A DNA stretch of 64,000 bases from an uncultured Clostridia bacterium (GCA_934133175.1 CAKPAX010000002.1:18022-82021); one strand, 5' to 3'. Positions 36,555 to 48,436 are shown, counted from the stretch's first letter. Numbers and translations: made by a program. Notes: generated by a model not told the origin, from the sequence alone.

Positions 36555-39500
36555 TTATATCGGGACTTCTTCAATATTTACTCTTTCTTTTCCTAAAATT
36601 TCTTCAAAAACTTTTAAAATCTCATCTGTCACAAATATTGCTCCACACGGTTTAAATTCATTATCTATTCTTATTTTAACACTTATATTATTTCTCTCAC
36701 CAGAAAAATATTTAATAGCTCCCCTCAATTTTGCTTTTGTTTCTTCTTCTAACTCTGTTATATCAAAAATTAAAACTTTGTGTTTCTTTACTCCAAAATC
36801 TGTAATTTGTTTTGCAATAATTTTTGTTTCTTCATTTTCTCTTATACTTAATCTACCATCTACCAAAACAATATTTTCTTCTATTAAGCTTTTTTGTGAT
36901 GATAAATATGCATTTTCAAATACTATTATTTCTGCTTGTCCAAATAAATCTTCTACAGTAACAAATGCCATAATTTTATTTGTTTTAGTATATTTTTTCT
37001 TTACAGCTGTTATTATTCCAGCATATTTAACATTTTGTCCATCTTTAAATTGCAATTTTTCTGTTTGTTCTTCTTTTGACATTTCTTCATCTATTTCTTT
37101 TATTTGCTTAGTATTTATATTTGTTTCATGTTCAATTTGATCTCTTAATTTTTCTAATGGATGTCCTGAAACATATATACCTAACATTTCTTTTTCCATA
37201 GATAATAATTCTTTTTCTGTAAATTCTTGTTGATTGTAATATGTATATTTTATTTTATCATTTTTTTCTTCATCTTCTTCATTTCCGATATCAAACATTG
37301 ATACTTGTCCATCTAACCCTTTTTTCTTACTACTTTGGATTGTATCAATTATTGTTTCAAAAGAAGCTAATAATGTGGCTCTATTTTCTGGAAATTCTTG
37401 AAATGCACCCGCTCTTATTAAACTTTCTATACATTTTTTATTAACCGCTTCATCTGCAATTCTTTCACAAAAATCTGTAAAACTTTTAAATTTACCATTT
37501 TCATTTCTTTCTTTTATAATACTATCAATTGGTACTAAACCAACATTTTTAATACTACCTAATCCAAATCTAATTTTTCCTATTTTTTGTCCACCATCTA
37601 TATTTTCAACAGTAAATTTGGAATTACTTTTATTTATATCTGGTTTTAATATCTCAATTCCCAATAATTTGCATTCATCTATATATTGAGGAATTTTGTC
37701 TAAATTTCCTAAAAAGCTATTTAACGTAGCAGCCATAAATTCTGCTGGATAATATGCCTTCAAGTATGCTGTTCTATATGCCACAACAGCATAACATGCA
37801 GCATGAGATTTGTTGAATGCATATTTTGCAAATTCAGCCATTTCATCAAATATTTTATTTGCAGATTCTTTGTCTATACCATTTCTTACGCATCCTGGTA
37901 CTATAATGTTTCCATTTTCATCAACTTGACCATTTATAAAGATCTCTCTTTCTTTTGCCATAACATCTAGCTTTTTCTTTCCCATTGCTCTTCTTACTAA
38001 GTCTGCTCTTCCTAGTGAATATCCAGCTAAATCTCTTACTATTTGCATAACTTGCTCTTGATAAACCATACAACCATATGTAACATTTAATATTGGCTCT
38101 AGTCTTGGGTGTGTATATTCATTATGACCTGGATGCAATTTTCCTTTTATATATCTTGGTATTTGATCCATAGGACCAGGTCTATATAGAGAAACACCAG
38201 CTATTAAATCTTCAAGACAATCTGGTTTTAGCTCTTTCATAAAGTTTGTCATACCTTGTGATTCAAATTGGAAAATACCACATGTTTTTCCTTCTTGCCA
38301 TAATTTATATACTTTAGGATCTGCCATTTCTTTATCAAATTCTACATCTATACCTCTGTTTTGTTTTACTAAATCTATTGTGTCTTTTATAACTGTTAAT
38401 GTTCTAAGTCCCAAAAAATCCATTTTTAATAGACCTAATTCTTCTAATGTCGTCATTATATATTGTGTAGATATTTGATTATCTCTTACATATAATGGCA
38501 CATAAGTATCTACAGGATCTTTTGTTATAACAATACCACAAGCATGTGTAGATGCTTGTCTTGGCATTCCTTCTAATCCCATAGCTATGTCTAATAAATT
38601 TTTAATATTTCCATCATTTTCATATAAGTTATTTAATTCTTTGTTTTGTTCTAATGCTTTTTTTATTGTTATATGTAATTCATTTGGTATCATTTTTGCA
38701 AGTTTGTCCGCTTCCGAATAAGGAAAATCTAATGCTCTTGCTACATCTCTTATTACCATTCTAGCTGACATAGTTCCAAATGTAATTATCTGTGAAACAT
38801 GATCATGTCCATATTTTCTAGAAACATAGTCTATTACATCTTGTCTATGCTCATAACAAAAATCAACATCAAAATCAGGCATGCTTATTCTTTCCGGATT
38901 TAAAAATCTTTCAAAAAGTAGACCATATTTTATTGGGTCAATATCTGTTATTTCTATTGCATATGCAATTATTGATCCAGCACCAGATCCACGTCCCGGT
39001 CCTACTGGTATATCATGAGTTTTTGCATAATGAATAAAGTCCCAAACTATTAAGAAATAATCAACATATCCCATTTTTTTAATTATACTTAATTCATATT
39101 CAGCTCTTTCTAATATTTCTTTAGATGGATTATCCCCATATCTATTTTTTATTCCATCATCACATAACTTTTTAAAATAATCATAATGAGTTTCAAATTC
39201 TGGTGGAACATCATAATTCGGCAAAATAGTATGTCCAAATTCAAATTCCACATTACATTTTTCCGCTATTTTTACAGTATTTTCTATTGCATCTGGAAAA
39301 TTACTAAAATATTCTGACATTTCTTCTGGAGATTTTACATATAATTCATCTGTTTCAAATCTCATTCTATCGCTATCACTCATTCTTTTTCCTGTTTGAA
39401 TACAAAGTAATACCTCATGATTATATGCATCTTCTCTTTTTAAATAATGAGCATCATTTGTTGCTGCAAGTGGTATATCTAATTTTCTTGCTAACTGAAT

Positions 39501-40067
39501 TAATTTTTGATTTGCTAATACTTGTTCTTGTAACCCATTATTTTGTACTTCTATATAATAATCTTCTCCAAAAACTTTTTTATGCCATAATGCTATTTCT
39601 TCTGCTTTTTCATTATTTCCATTTAATAAAGCCTGATTTAAACTTCCAGCTAAACATCCGCTTAAGCATATTAATCCTTCATGATATTTTTCTAGCACTT
39701 CTAAATCAATACGTGGTTTATAATAATATCCATCAACAAATCCAATTGATACTAATTTACTTAAATTCTTATACCCTTCATTATTTTTAGCAAGCAATAT
39801 AAGATGATTATATTTGTTGTCTATATTTGGTTCTTTATCGAATCTACTCCTAGGCGCAACATATACCTCACATCCTATAATTGGCTTTATTCCTTCTTTT
39901 TTACAAGCTTTATAAAAGTCTATTACACCATACATAACTCCATGATCAGTAAGAGCTATGGCATTCATTCCAAGCTCTTTTGCTCTTACTGGTAAATCCT
40001 TTATTCTATTAGCTCCATCTAGCAAACTAAATTCACTATGTATATGTAAATGAACAAAATCTGACAT
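36555..40067 (-). CDS. dnaE: DNA polymerase III alpha subunit (DnaE type)
   Basis: N-terminal PHP domain (HLHIHSEFSLLDGA), polymerase core and OB fold; 1170 aa. Confidence 0.95.
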   Translation of the reverse strand: MSDFVHLHIHSEFSLLDGANRIKDLPVRAKELGMNAIALTDHGVMYGVIDFYKACKKEGIKPIIGCEVYVAPRSRFDKEPNIDNKYNHLILLAKNNEGYKNLSKLVSIGFVDGYYYKPRIDLEVLEKYHEGLICLSGCLAGSLNQALLNGNNEKAEEIALWHKKVFGEDYYIEVQNNGLQEQVLANQKLIQLARKLDIPLAATNDAHYLKREDAYNHEVLLCIQTGKRMSDSDRMRFETDELYVKSPEEMSEYFSNFPDAIENTVKIAEKCNVEFEFGHTILPNYDVPPEFETHYDYFKKLCDDGIKNRYGDNPSKEILERAEYELSIIKKMGYVDYFLIVWDFIHYAKTHDIPVGPGRGSGAGSIIAYAIEITDIDPIKYGLLFERFLNPERISMPDFDVDFCYEHRQDVIDYVSRKYGHDHVSQIITFGTMSARMVIRDVARALDFPYSEADKLAKMIPNELHITIKKALEQNKELNNLYENDGNIKNLLDIAMGLEGMPRQASTHACGIVITKDPVDTYVPLYVRDNQISTQYIMTTLEELGLLKMDFLGLRTLTVIKDTIDLVKQNRGIDVEFDKEMADPKVYKLWQEGKTCGIFQFESQGMTNFMKELKPDCLEDLIAGVSLYRPGPMDQIPRYIKGKLHPGHNEYTHPRLEPILNVTYGCMVYQEQVMQIVRDLAGYSLGRADLVRRAMGKKKLDVMAKEREIFINGQVDENGNIIVPGCVRNGIDKESANKIFDEMAEFAKYAFNKSHAACYAVVAYRTAYLKAYYPAEFMAATLNSFLGNLDKIPQYIDECKLLGIEILKPDINKSNSKFTVENIDGGQKIGKIRFGLGSIKNVGLVPIDSIIKERNENGKFKSFTDFCERIADEAVNKKCIESLIRAGAFQEFPENRATLLASFETIIDTIQSSKKKGLDGQVSMFDIGNEEDEEKNDKIKYTYYNQQEFTEKELLSMEKEMLGIYVSGHPLEKLRDQIEHETNINTKQIKEIDEEMSKEEQTEKLQFKDGQNVKYAGIITAVKKKYTKTNKIMAFVTVEDLFGQAEIIVFENAYLSSQKSLIEENIVLVDGRLSIRENEETKIIAKQITDFGVKKHKVLIFDITELEEETKAKLRGAIKYFSGERNNISVKIRIDNEFKPCGAIFVTDEILKVFEEILGKERVNIEEVPI

Positions 40068-40128
40068 TTTCTTTCTCCTTATTTTCCACTCATTATATGA
40101 AATTCTTATAATTTTGTCAATTTAGTAA

Positions 40129-41571
40129 TTATTTTTCTACCCATACAGACACAGTTCTATTTTTTACTTTAAATACTCCGAATCCATCTTCATCAATTGT
40201 AACTTCTTCTTCAAAATTTCCTAATGCATCTATAAAAGTTTCTTCTGCAAATTTTTCTCCTATGTACATTCTTTTTTCTCCATCTATCTTATTAGATGCT
40301 ATAACTGCTAAGCCAGATTTTATATGTTCATTGTCTCCTTCACGAGTAAAACCTATTACACTATCGTGATCAAAATAATCATGTTCTAATCCATATGCCT
40401 TATCTTTTCTTAGTATCATTAGATCTTCTAATTTATCCATTTTTTCTATATTACTATATGGTATTCCATAATAATCACCATAAAATACACATGGATATCC
40501 ATCATTTTTTAATAAAATTATTGAATATGCAATTTGTTTAAACCATGGTTCTATAAAACTTTGTAACGCTTGCCCTGGTTGAGTATCATGATTATCTACA
40601 AATGTTACTGCTTTAAGTGGATTTTCCTTTAATAATGTATTATCTAATAATCTTGACATATCATAATTAGGGTCTTGTGATGCTGTATAAAAATTATAAT
40701 GTAATGGTACATCAAATAAAGAAATTTGTCCTTCTGTTTCTGTTATATATCTATGTAGTTTTTGTACATCACCTGTCCAATATTCTCCAACTGCAAATAT
40801 ATTTCTTTTTTTATATTCTTTTAAATATTTCATCCATTCATTATAAAATGATGATGGAATATGTTTTACAGCATCCAATCTAAAACCATCTACATCTGTA
40901 AAATCCATATACCATTTTCCCCAATTTTTACATTCTTCAACTACTTCTGGATTATAAAAATCTAAATCTGCTCCCATCAAATAATCATAATTTCCGTTTT
41001 CATCATCAACTTCATTTTGCCATTGTTTATCCTTAAACTTAAAAATTGAGTGTTCACCTGTTGCATTATTATAATCAATTCCATCAAAGTGTGTCCAATT
41101 CCATTTAAAATTTGAATATTTATTTTTTCTATTTGGAAATGTAAATTTTGTTGCTGCTTGTAATGTTTCATTTTGTGAAATTTCTACATTGTGATTAGCC
41201 CACTCTACTTTATTTGCTTTTATTATTTGTAAAAAATCTGCTCCCATTTTATGATTTAAAACAATATCTGCATAACTTTCTATACCTGCTTGTTTTAAAA
41301 CTTGTATTGCTTCTAAATATTCATCTTTTGTTCCATATTTTGTTGCAATAGAACCTTGTTGATCAAATTCTCCTAAATCATATAAATCATATGGACCATA
41401 TCCCACTTCATTTTTCCCACCAATTCCTTTATAAGCTGGAGGTAACCATAAAGCAGTAACTCCAACTCTTGATAATTTTTCTGATTCTTCTATTACTTTA
41501 TTCCATAAACCTTTTTCACAGTTCAAATACCATTCAAAATATTGCATTATTATCCCATTTATTTTTTTCAT
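40129..41571 (-). CDS. Cytoplasmic alpha-amylase (GH13)
   Basis: GH13 regions GFRLDAVKH and FVDNHD; no signal peptide. AAGGAGA RBS before ATG (MKKINGI); the track extends upstream to a TTG. Confidence 0.85.
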   Translation of the reverse strand: MKKINGIIMQYFEWYLNCEKGLWNKVIEESEKLSRVGVTALWLPPAYKGIGGKNEVGYGPYDLYDLGEFDQQGSIATKYGTKDEYLEAIQVLKQAGIESYADIVLNHKMGADFLQIIKANKVEWANHNVEISQNETLQAATKFTFPNRKNKYSNFKWNWTHFDGIDYNNATGEHSIFKFKDKQWQNEVDDENGNYDYLMGADLDFYNPEVVEECKNWGKWYMDFTDVDGFRLDAVKHIPSSFYNEWMKYLKEYKKRNIFAVGEYWTGDVQKLHRYITETEGQISLFDVPLHYNFYTASQDPNYDMSRLLDNTLLKENPLKAVTFVDNHDTQPGQALQSFIEPWFKQIAYSIILLKNDGYPCVFYGDYYGIPYSNIEKMDKLEDLMILRKDKAYGLEHDYFDHDSVIGFTREGDNEHIKSGLAVIASNKIDGEKRMYIGEKFAEETFIDALGNFEEEVTIDEDGFGVFKVKNRTVSVWVEK

Positions 41572-41699
41572 TTCATATCTCCTTCTTTCACAGGATATTA
41601 TATCATTATAAGATTTCAATGTACATAAATTGACATTTTTTTTTAATTTTTATATAATCACATATGGTTAATAAAATATAATATAAGGAAGCGATTTTT

Positions 41700-42116
41700 T
41701 TGGAACATATTTTTGAAAGAACTATAAACTATTATGAAACAGATAAAATGGGAATTGTACACCATTCTAACTACATTAGATTCTTAGAAGAAGCTCGTTG
41801 TGAATTTTTAAAAGCAATTGATTTACCTTATGAAACTTTAGAAAATAATGGAATTATGATACCTGTTTTAGAAGTTCACTGCAAATACAAATATCACGTA
41901 AGCTTTGGAGACACAATTGTTATAAAAAGTAAAATTTCAACCTTTACAGGCGTTAAAATGATTGTTGACTATGAAATAATTAACAAAGCTAATTCTAATT
42001 TAGTTATGACAGCTCAAACCAAACATTGTTTTACAAATAACTCTTTACAACCTATCAACCTAAAAAAACATTATATAGAAGGTTACGAAAAAATAATAAA
42101 TGCTTTAGAAAATTAA
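41700..42116 (+). CDS. Acyl-CoA thioesterase, 4HBT/YbgC family
   Basis: Hotdog-fold signature YYETDKMGIVHHSNYIRFLEEAR. Confidence 0.7.
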   Translation: MEHIFERTINYYETDKMGIVHHSNYIRFLEEARCEFLKAIDLPYETLENNGIMIPVLEVHCKYKYHVSFGDTIVIKSKISTFTGVKMIVDYEIINKANSNLVMTAQTKHCFTNNSLQPINLKKHYIEGYEKIINALEN

Positions 42117-42224
42117 AATATAGTAATTTATAAAAAATACTTTATATTTTATATGTTTTATGGTACAATATTGTAAATTTATAAATTATAATGTCAAAAG
42201 ATAAAATATTAGGAGGAATTTTTT

Positions 42225-42512
42225 ATGGAATTTAGTAAATGTAATCGTTGTGGTAACTTCTATATTTCAGATAGTAATGTATGCCCTAAATGTGCAGCAA
42301 AAGATAATTTAGAATTTTCTGCATTTAAAAATTATATACAAGAAAATGGTTTTGAAGAATCATTAGGAGCTATATCTTCTGAAACAGGTATTTCAGAAAA
42401 AAATTTAAGTAGATTTTTAAATTATGACGAATTTAAACAATTTCAACAAGAAAATAGAAATATAAACTTAAATAACAATAAATTTGGAAATAATGGAATA
42501 AATTTAGATTAA
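42225..42512 (+). CDS. Small zinc-ribbon protein, likely TIGR03826 (YvyF-like flagellar-operon protein) family
   Basis: N-terminal CNRCGNF...CPKC zinc ribbon and a helical tail; AGGAGG RBS. Confidence 0.4.
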   Translation: MEFSKCNRCGNFYISDSNVCPKCAAKDNLEFSAFKNYIQENGFEESLGAISSETGISEKNLSRFLNYDEFKQFQQENRNINLNNNKFGNNGINLD

Positions 42513-42577
42513 TTTTTATATTATAGCCATATTATATATATGGCTACTTTTATTAATTATACTAGGAGGATTTATAT

Positions 42578-43792
42578 ATGAAAAATGTATTTGATATATT
42601 AGATGAAAGAGGATATGTTGAACAAATGACTCATCCTCAAGAAATCAAAGAATTATTTGCTAAGGAATCTGTACCTTTCTACATAGGAATAGATCCAACA
42701 GCTGATAGTTTGCATATTGGTCACTTTATATCTTTAATGGTTGCTTCTCATATGCAAAAATGTGGTCACAAACCAATTATATTAGTTGGTGGTGGTACTG
42801 CTATTATAGGTGACCCATCAGGAAAAACTGATATGAGAAAAATGCTATCTAAAGAAGAAATAAATCATAATGTTGAATCAATAAAAAAACAAATAGCTAA
42901 GTTTTTAAGTTTTGAAGGTGAAAATGCAGCTATTATTGTTAATAATGCTGATTGGATATTAGATTTAAATTATGTTGATTTTATGCGTGAAATAGGAAGT
43001 TTATTTTCAGTAAATAAAATGCTTGCAGCAGATTGTTATAAACAAAGATTAGATACAGGTCTTACATTTTTTGAAATGGGATATATGCTTATGCAATCTT
43101 ATGACTTTTTATATTTGTACAACAAATATGGATGTAAATTAGAAATGGGCGGAAACGATCAATGGTCTAATATCATAGGCGGTGTTGATCTTATAAGAAA
43201 AATTGGTAAAGATGATTCTTTTGGTTTAACATTTAAACTTCTTACAACTAAAGAAGGTAAAAAAATGGGAAAAACTGAAAAGGGTGCTTTATGGCTTGAT
43301 GCAGAAAAAACTTCTCCTTATGAATTTTATCAATATTGGAGAAATGTTGCTGACGATGATATAAAAACTGTTTTATCATTACTTACATTCTTACCTATGG
43401 ATAAAATAAATGAACTTACATCTTATAATGATGAAAGAATAAATGAAGCAAAAAAAGTAGCTGCTTTTGAAATAACAAAATTAATTCACGGTGAAGAAGA
43501 AGCAAAAAAAGCTGAGCAAGCTTCACTAGCCTTATTTGAAGGTCAAGGTAATTTAGATAATATGCCTTCTACAAAATTAGAAAATATTGATATTTCTATT
43601 GTTGATGCTATTGTTTTATCAGGCATTGCACCATCAAAAGGTCAAGCTAGAACTTTAATTGCTCAGGGTGGAATTTCTTTAAATGATGAAAAAGTAACTG
43701 ATGTTTCTTATAAATTATCAGAAAACGATTTTAATGATGGATATGCTATATTAAAAAAAGGTAAAAAAATATACCATAAATTAGAAAAATAA
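42578..43792 (+). CDS. tyrS: Tyrosine--tRNA ligase
   Basis: HIGH motif (SLHIGH), KMSKS variant (KMGKT) and C-terminal S4 domain. Confidence 0.95.
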   Translation: MKNVFDILDERGYVEQMTHPQEIKELFAKESVPFYIGIDPTADSLHIGHFISLMVASHMQKCGHKPIILVGGGTAIIGDPSGKTDMRKMLSKEEINHNVESIKKQIAKFLSFEGENAAIIVNNADWILDLNYVDFMREIGSLFSVNKMLAADCYKQRLDTGLTFFEMGYMLMQSYDFLYLYNKYGCKLEMGGNDQWSNIIGGVDLIRKIGKDDSFGLTFKLLTTKEGKKMGKTEKGALWLDAEKTSPYEFYQYWRNVADDDIKTVLSLLTFLPMDKINELTSYNDERINEAKKVAAFEITKLIHGEEEAKKAEQASLALFEGQGNLDNMPSTKLENIDISIVDAIVLSGIAPSKGQARTLIAQGGISLNDEKVTDVSYKLSENDFNDGYAILKKGKKIYHKLEK

Positions 43793-43800
43793 TTTAATAA

Positions 43801-43836
43801 AAACCTCTTAGATAAATTCTAAGAGGTTTTTATTTT
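43801..43836. terminator. Bidirectional terminator between the convergent tyrS and UPF0182 genes
   Basis: AAACCTCTTAG-ataaatt-CTAAGAGGTTT with T-runs on both sides. Confidence 0.7.
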
Positions 43837-43845
43837 TAATATTTC

Positions 43846-46674
43846 TTATCTACTTGTATTTGTATCAACTGCAATATTTTCGTCAATTACTGAATTAATC
43901 TCATTCGCATCTGTATTATTTGTTGTATTACTGTTTTTCTTGTTCTTCTTCTCTTTTTCTTGTAAATTTTCTAACGAATTAACTAAACCTTGAAGCTTTT
44001 TAATATCAGATCCCATCATTTCCCAATCATTATTTTTATTTGATTCTGTTAAATTATTATTAGCTTTTATAATTGCATCTATTAATCCCTGAAGGTCATC
44101 TGTGTTTTCTACTTCTATATCAACAGCATATTGTGAAAGTAAGTTTTTTATTGCTTCATTAATATTATTTCCAATTGCAACTTTATTTCCTGATGCTACA
44201 ATAATTTTCTTAAGAACTGGTACATCTGATTCATTAATCATTGTTTGATATATTGGTTCTATATATAAAAGAGTATTTTGTATTGGAACTATAATCATTT
44301 GTTTTGTTATTTTTGTTCCTGTTACATTTAATGCATCTAATTCTTTTGAAATTGTTTCATCTTGACTAATTTGTGTATCTAATTGCATTGGCCCTAATAT
44401 ATTATTGTCTGATGCATATTTATATAGTTTTAATTTACTAGTTCCATCTTCATATGCCCCAACTAAATATGATATTATATTTTGTTTTCCACTTGGTGTA
44501 AATGTTTGAACTAGTCCTAATGTATCTTTATCTGAATCTGTTGTTTTTAACATTGTGTAATATGGACTAAGTACTGTTCCTGTTGCTTTTGTTGTTTGCA
44601 TTGTTGTATTATATTTTGCTTGTTCCCATATATCATCACTTCTATATAACACATCTGGTTTTACATTATGATATAATGTAATCATTTTTGATTGAATATT
44701 ATATAAATATTGTGGATATATAAAATTCTTTGATACATCTTCTGGTATTTTACTATCTATATCTTCAAATAATGTTTTATATGTATTTCTATATGCCATA
44801 GCTATTGGATCTGTTCTATCTGTTATATAAAATTTCATAGTTCCATCATAACTATTTATTAATACTTTTACAGAATTTCTTATATAATTAATTTTTTGTT
44901 TAGAGCCATTATAAACTATATTGCTATAAGATGAGTATGGATAATTGCTAGATACTGTATATGCATCTAATACCCAAATAATATTTCCATTATCATCTAT
45001 TACTGAATATGGATTTTCATCATACAATAAATATGGTAATGCTTTTTTTGCTCTTTCTCTTATATTTCTATTTATTAGTATTTTACTATCGTTTGTTATA
45101 GAATTAGAAAACGCTAAATTTATATTTCCTTCTTTTATTGCAAGTACAATTCTATCTAAAAATCCTAAACTTAAACCTGCTTTTCCATTATAAGAATACT
45201 CATAATCTTTTCCACTTTCATCTGTATAATCGTATTCTGATTTATTCTTTGTATTTGTAACTATTGTCCCATCTGTTTCTAATCCAAAATATATTCTAGG
45301 TTGAGAGATTTTTATTTTATCACTTGATGTTGCTTTTTGCACATATTCTACATTTCCTGTTTCTGTACTTTTACTTGCAGATGTTATTATTTCTCCATAT
45401 CCATGTGTATATTCATATGTTTTATTATTATAAGTTCTGTCTCCGCTTGAAATTTCTCTAGGAGAAAGATATACTAATTTTTCTTTTCCATCTATGTTGT
45501 ATTTTCCTATATTTGCATTTCTATATGTATAATATCCTGTATTTGTTTGACTATCTTCTAATGTTTTTACAACCGCATCTGTATTTATTATTGCAATATT
45601 ATCTAAAATATCTTCATTATTGTCTACTTCATCTACAGTAATTGTTCCAGAATAGTTTAAATTTTCTTCTTTCACATTTATTCCATATGCATTTTTTGTA
45701 TAGTCAATATTATAAGCAATATATTGTTTTTCTTTATCTAATTCATTTGAATTTACAAATACAGCATCAAATATTACCATTACAAAGAATAATGAAACTA
45801 AATATACTGGAAGAGTAGCTAAACTTATTAATACTTTCTTCATGTTTGATTGTTTAAAATATTTTATAGCTGTAAATATTGATGCAACTATGACAACTGC
45901 AAATATTCTATATCCCCATAATTTAACTGTTGATTCTGTAAAACCTGCTCCTGTAAGTTCCACATCATCTTCTAATGTTATAAATTTTTGTAAAATAATA
46001 TTTTGAGTATTAAGCAATGTTAATAAAGCAATACCTATAGTAACTAACTTTAAATTTCTTATTCCCTTTTTCATTAATTTACTTTGTTTTAGTGTTTTTC
46101 TATCAATTCCATCAAATTGGCTATTAAATACTATTATATAATATAATACCATATATATAGTTAAACCTACTATTAAACCAATAAAATATATTATAAAAAA
46201 TTCAATAATTGGTTTTATAAACATATAATAAGAAATATCTAAATTAAATATTGGATCAGTAATACCAAATGATGTATTGCTTGATAAAAGTAATATTTTA
46301 TTTAATAACAAATTTGAAACAACAACACTTCCTATAGCAGAAATAACCAAAGCAAGTGATTTATTTAATAATTTAGGCATTTCTTTTTTTTCTTCATCAA
46401 AAAATTCTTTTAAACCTTTTTTTATACCAATGTTTGTAAAATACATTACTATATATAAAAATACAAAATTAATTCCCATTATAATATACTTGTATTTTAA
46501 ATTTGTTTGATATATATTTATGTAATTTGATCCTAGTTCTTGATATTCTAAATAGCTTCCTCTTAATGAAACATAATTTCCTATTGCAAAGATTATCAAA
46601 AATAATATTACTAATATCATTCTTGTTTTATTTTTCTTTTTTCGTACTTTATTTTCCTGTTTTATTTCTTCCAT
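43846..46674 (-). CDS. UPF0182-family large membrane protein
   Basis: 942 aa with an N-terminal cluster of about 7 TM helices plus a large extracytoplasmic domain; typical size and architecture of UPF0182. Confidence 0.65.
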   Translation of the reverse strand: MEEIKQENKVRKKKNKTRMILVILFLIIFAIGNYVSLRGSYLEYQELGSNYINIYQTNLKYKYIIMGINFVFLYIVMYFTNIGIKKGLKEFFDEEKKEMPKLLNKSLALVISAIGSVVVSNLLLNKILLLSSNTSFGITDPIFNLDISYYMFIKPIIEFFIIYFIGLIVGLTIYMVLYYIIVFNSQFDGIDRKTLKQSKLMKKGIRNLKLVTIGIALLTLLNTQNIILQKFITLEDDVELTGAGFTESTVKLWGYRIFAVVIVASIFTAIKYFKQSNMKKVLISLATLPVYLVSLFFVMVIFDAVFVNSNELDKEKQYIAYNIDYTKNAYGINVKEENLNYSGTITVDEVDNNEDILDNIAIINTDAVVKTLEDSQTNTGYYTYRNANIGKYNIDGKEKLVYLSPREISSGDRTYNNKTYEYTHGYGEIITSASKSTETGNVEYVQKATSSDKIKISQPRIYFGLETDGTIVTNTKNKSEYDYTDESGKDYEYSYNGKAGLSLGFLDRIVLAIKEGNINLAFSNSITNDSKILINRNIRERAKKALPYLLYDENPYSVIDDNGNIIWVLDAYTVSSNYPYSSYSNIVYNGSKQKINYIRNSVKVLINSYDGTMKFYITDRTDPIAMAYRNTYKTLFEDIDSKIPEDVSKNFIYPQYLYNIQSKMITLYHNVKPDVLYRSDDIWEQAKYNTTMQTTKATGTVLSPYYTMLKTTDSDKDTLGLVQTFTPSGKQNIISYLVGAYEDGTSKLKLYKYASDNNILGPMQLDTQISQDETISKELDALNVTGTKITKQMIIVPIQNTLLYIEPIYQTMINESDVPVLKKIIVASGNKVAIGNNINEAIKNLLSQYAVDIEVENTDDLQGLIDAIIKANNNLTESNKNNDWEMMGSDIKKLQGLVNSLENLQEKEKKNKKNSNTTNNTDANEINSVIDENIAVDTNTSR

Positions 46675-46683
46675 AATATCCTC

Positions 46684-47589
46684 CTATATTATTGCATTTA
46701 CAAAGTCTTCTTTATTAAATATTTCCATATCATCTATTTGTTCACCAACACCAATAAATTTAACCGGTATTTTATTTTCTTCTACAATTCCTATAACAGC
46801 TCCACCTTTTGCTGTTCCATCCAATTTTGTTAATACTAATCCTGTTATATCAGCTTCTTCTTTAAATGCTTTTACTTGTGATATTGCATTTTGACCAGTT
46901 GTTCCATCAATTACTAATAATACTTCTTTTGCACTATCTGGCATTTCTTTATTTATTACTTTTTGTATTTTATTTAATTCATCCATTAGGTATTTTTTAT
47001 TATGCAATCTACCAGCAGTATCTACTATTAATATATCTGCATTTTTCTCTTTAGTAATTTTTATTGCATCATATACAACAGATGCTGGATCTACACCTTC
47101 TTCTCTTTTAACTATTTCTGAGCCTGATCTTTTTGCCCATATTTCTAGTTGCTCAACTGCTGCTGCTCTAAATGTATCTGCTGCTGCTACCACTACCTTT
47201 TTTCCATTTTTTACTAATCTATTTGCTATTTTACCTATTGAAGTTGTTTTTCCTACACCATTTACTCCAACAACTAGTATTACTGATGGTTTTGTATCTA
47301 ATTTTAAACTACTATCAGTTGCATCAAATATTGTCATTATTTCTTCTCTTAATGCTTTTTTTACTTCTTCTTCATCTTGTATATTATCTCTTTTTATCCT
47401 TTTTCTTAAATTATCTATTATTTTTACAGATGTATCCATTCCAATGTCTGACATTATTAATATTTCTTCTAATTCTTCTAAAAATTCTTCATCTACTTTT
47501 CTAAATGTACTAAATATTCCATTTATTTTTTCATCTAATGAATTTTTGGTTTTGCTTAATCCATTTTTTAATTTATCAAAAAAGCCCAT
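46684..47589 (-). CDS. ftsY: Signal recognition particle receptor FtsY
   Basis: NG domain with GVNGVGKTT, DTAGR and TKLDGTAKGG. Confidence 0.9.
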   Translation of the reverse strand: MGFFDKLKNGLSKTKNSLDEKINGIFSTFRKVDEEFLEELEEILIMSDIGMDTSVKIIDNLRKRIKRDNIQDEEEVKKALREEIMTIFDATDSSLKLDTKPSVILVVGVNGVGKTTSIGKIANRLVKNGKKVVVAAADTFRAAAVEQLEIWAKRSGSEIVKREEGVDPASVVYDAIKITKEKNADILIVDTAGRLHNKKYLMDELNKIQKVINKEMPDSAKEVLLVIDGTTGQNAISQVKAFKEEADITGLVLTKLDGTAKGGAVIGIVEENKIPVKFIGVGEQIDDMEIFNKEDFVNAII

Positions 47590-47670
47590 ATAATCTCTCC
47601 TTAAAATTAATCTATAATGTATTTTAACATATTTTTTGTAATATGTGTACTGTTAAATGAATTTTTATTA

Positions 47671-47718
47671 AAAAAGCTTTTTATGACAAAGTAAAAGCAC
47701 TGATTTTCATCAGTGCTT
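47671..47718 (-). terminator. Rho-independent terminator downstream of the 47778-48221 gene
   Basis: 10-bp perfect stem AAGCACTGAT/ATCAGTGCTT with a 4-nt loop, then a T-rich tract on the minus strand. Confidence 0.6.
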
Positions 47719-47777
47719 GAGGGATACCTTGCATTTTCCTCCCAAAATTCCGGTTACTTATACATACTCTATATAGC

Positions 47778-48221
47778 TTACAGCTTGAATATGTAGATTT
47801 TAACTGCCTCCTCCTCATCTTTAATCGTTACCAGAAATCTTTCATCCTGTAACAGACTTATTCCAGAATGAGGATCGAGGTTTATCCAGTCTTCATTGTT
47901 ATAAACAATTTCGCCCATTAACTGATTAGGATTTATTACATCCACACAAGAAATTTTCTTTCCTATGTTTTCCAGGTAATTGCACTCCGGGATAAGACAT
48001 CTCAAATGAGATGCAATCTCAATTCCTAGAGATCCTGTTGATTCAGCTATTGCTGAAACCACATATGCCCCTGTGCTGTACGAAACCGAATCGGTTTCAT
48101 ATACCATGTAACCTATCCGATCTCCAAGAATCTCTAAAGCTCTTTTTCCTGCATCAGTTTTATGTTCGCACCATCCGAACGCGTTGTTTGGGCAATAGCC
48201 CAATTCTTCATATTTTGCCAT
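47778..48221 (-). CDS. Hypothetical 147-aa protein with Cys pairs (YCPNNAFGWCEH, CLIPEC), foreign composition (about 38-40% GC)
   Basis: AAGGAGG RBS 8 nt before the ATG of MAKYEEL; the track ORF starts 10 codons earlier. GC is well above the local background. Confidence 0.45.
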   Translation of the reverse strand: MAKYEELGYCPNNAFGWCEHKTDAGKRALEILGDRIGYMVYETDSVSYSTGAYVVSAIAESTGSLGIEIASHLRCLIPECNYLENIGKKISCVDVINPNQLMGEIVYNNEDWINLDPHSGISLLQDERFLVTIKDEEEAVKIYIFKL

Positions 48222-48339
48222 TTTTTTGTCCTCCTTATGTTTTTTATTCATTGCTTTAATGGCAATACAAGGTTTACGAGTTACTAGTTATATTATAGCA
48301 CTTTTTGTTTATGTAGTCAAATTATGTAAATTTTTTACT

Positions 48340-48388
48340 TTTTAATAATATAAAAAAACTGCTGACAAATAAACATTATGTCAGCAGT
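48340..48388 (-). terminator. Rho-independent terminator downstream of the 48437-48712 gene
   Basis: ACTGCTGACA-(11 nt)-TGTCAGCAGT followed on the minus strand by TTTTTTTATATT. Confidence 0.6.
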
Positions 48389-48436
48389 CCAACACTAGAT
48401 ATTAATATCCGGTGTTTTGGGTTTGAAGAAATACGA

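Noticed and set aside
42513-42577. Possible T-box leader upstream of tyrS
   Set aside because: Only about 65 nt of leader; there is no room for a stem I/antiterminator architecture and no T-box consensus (AATTAGGGTGGNACCGCG) visible.
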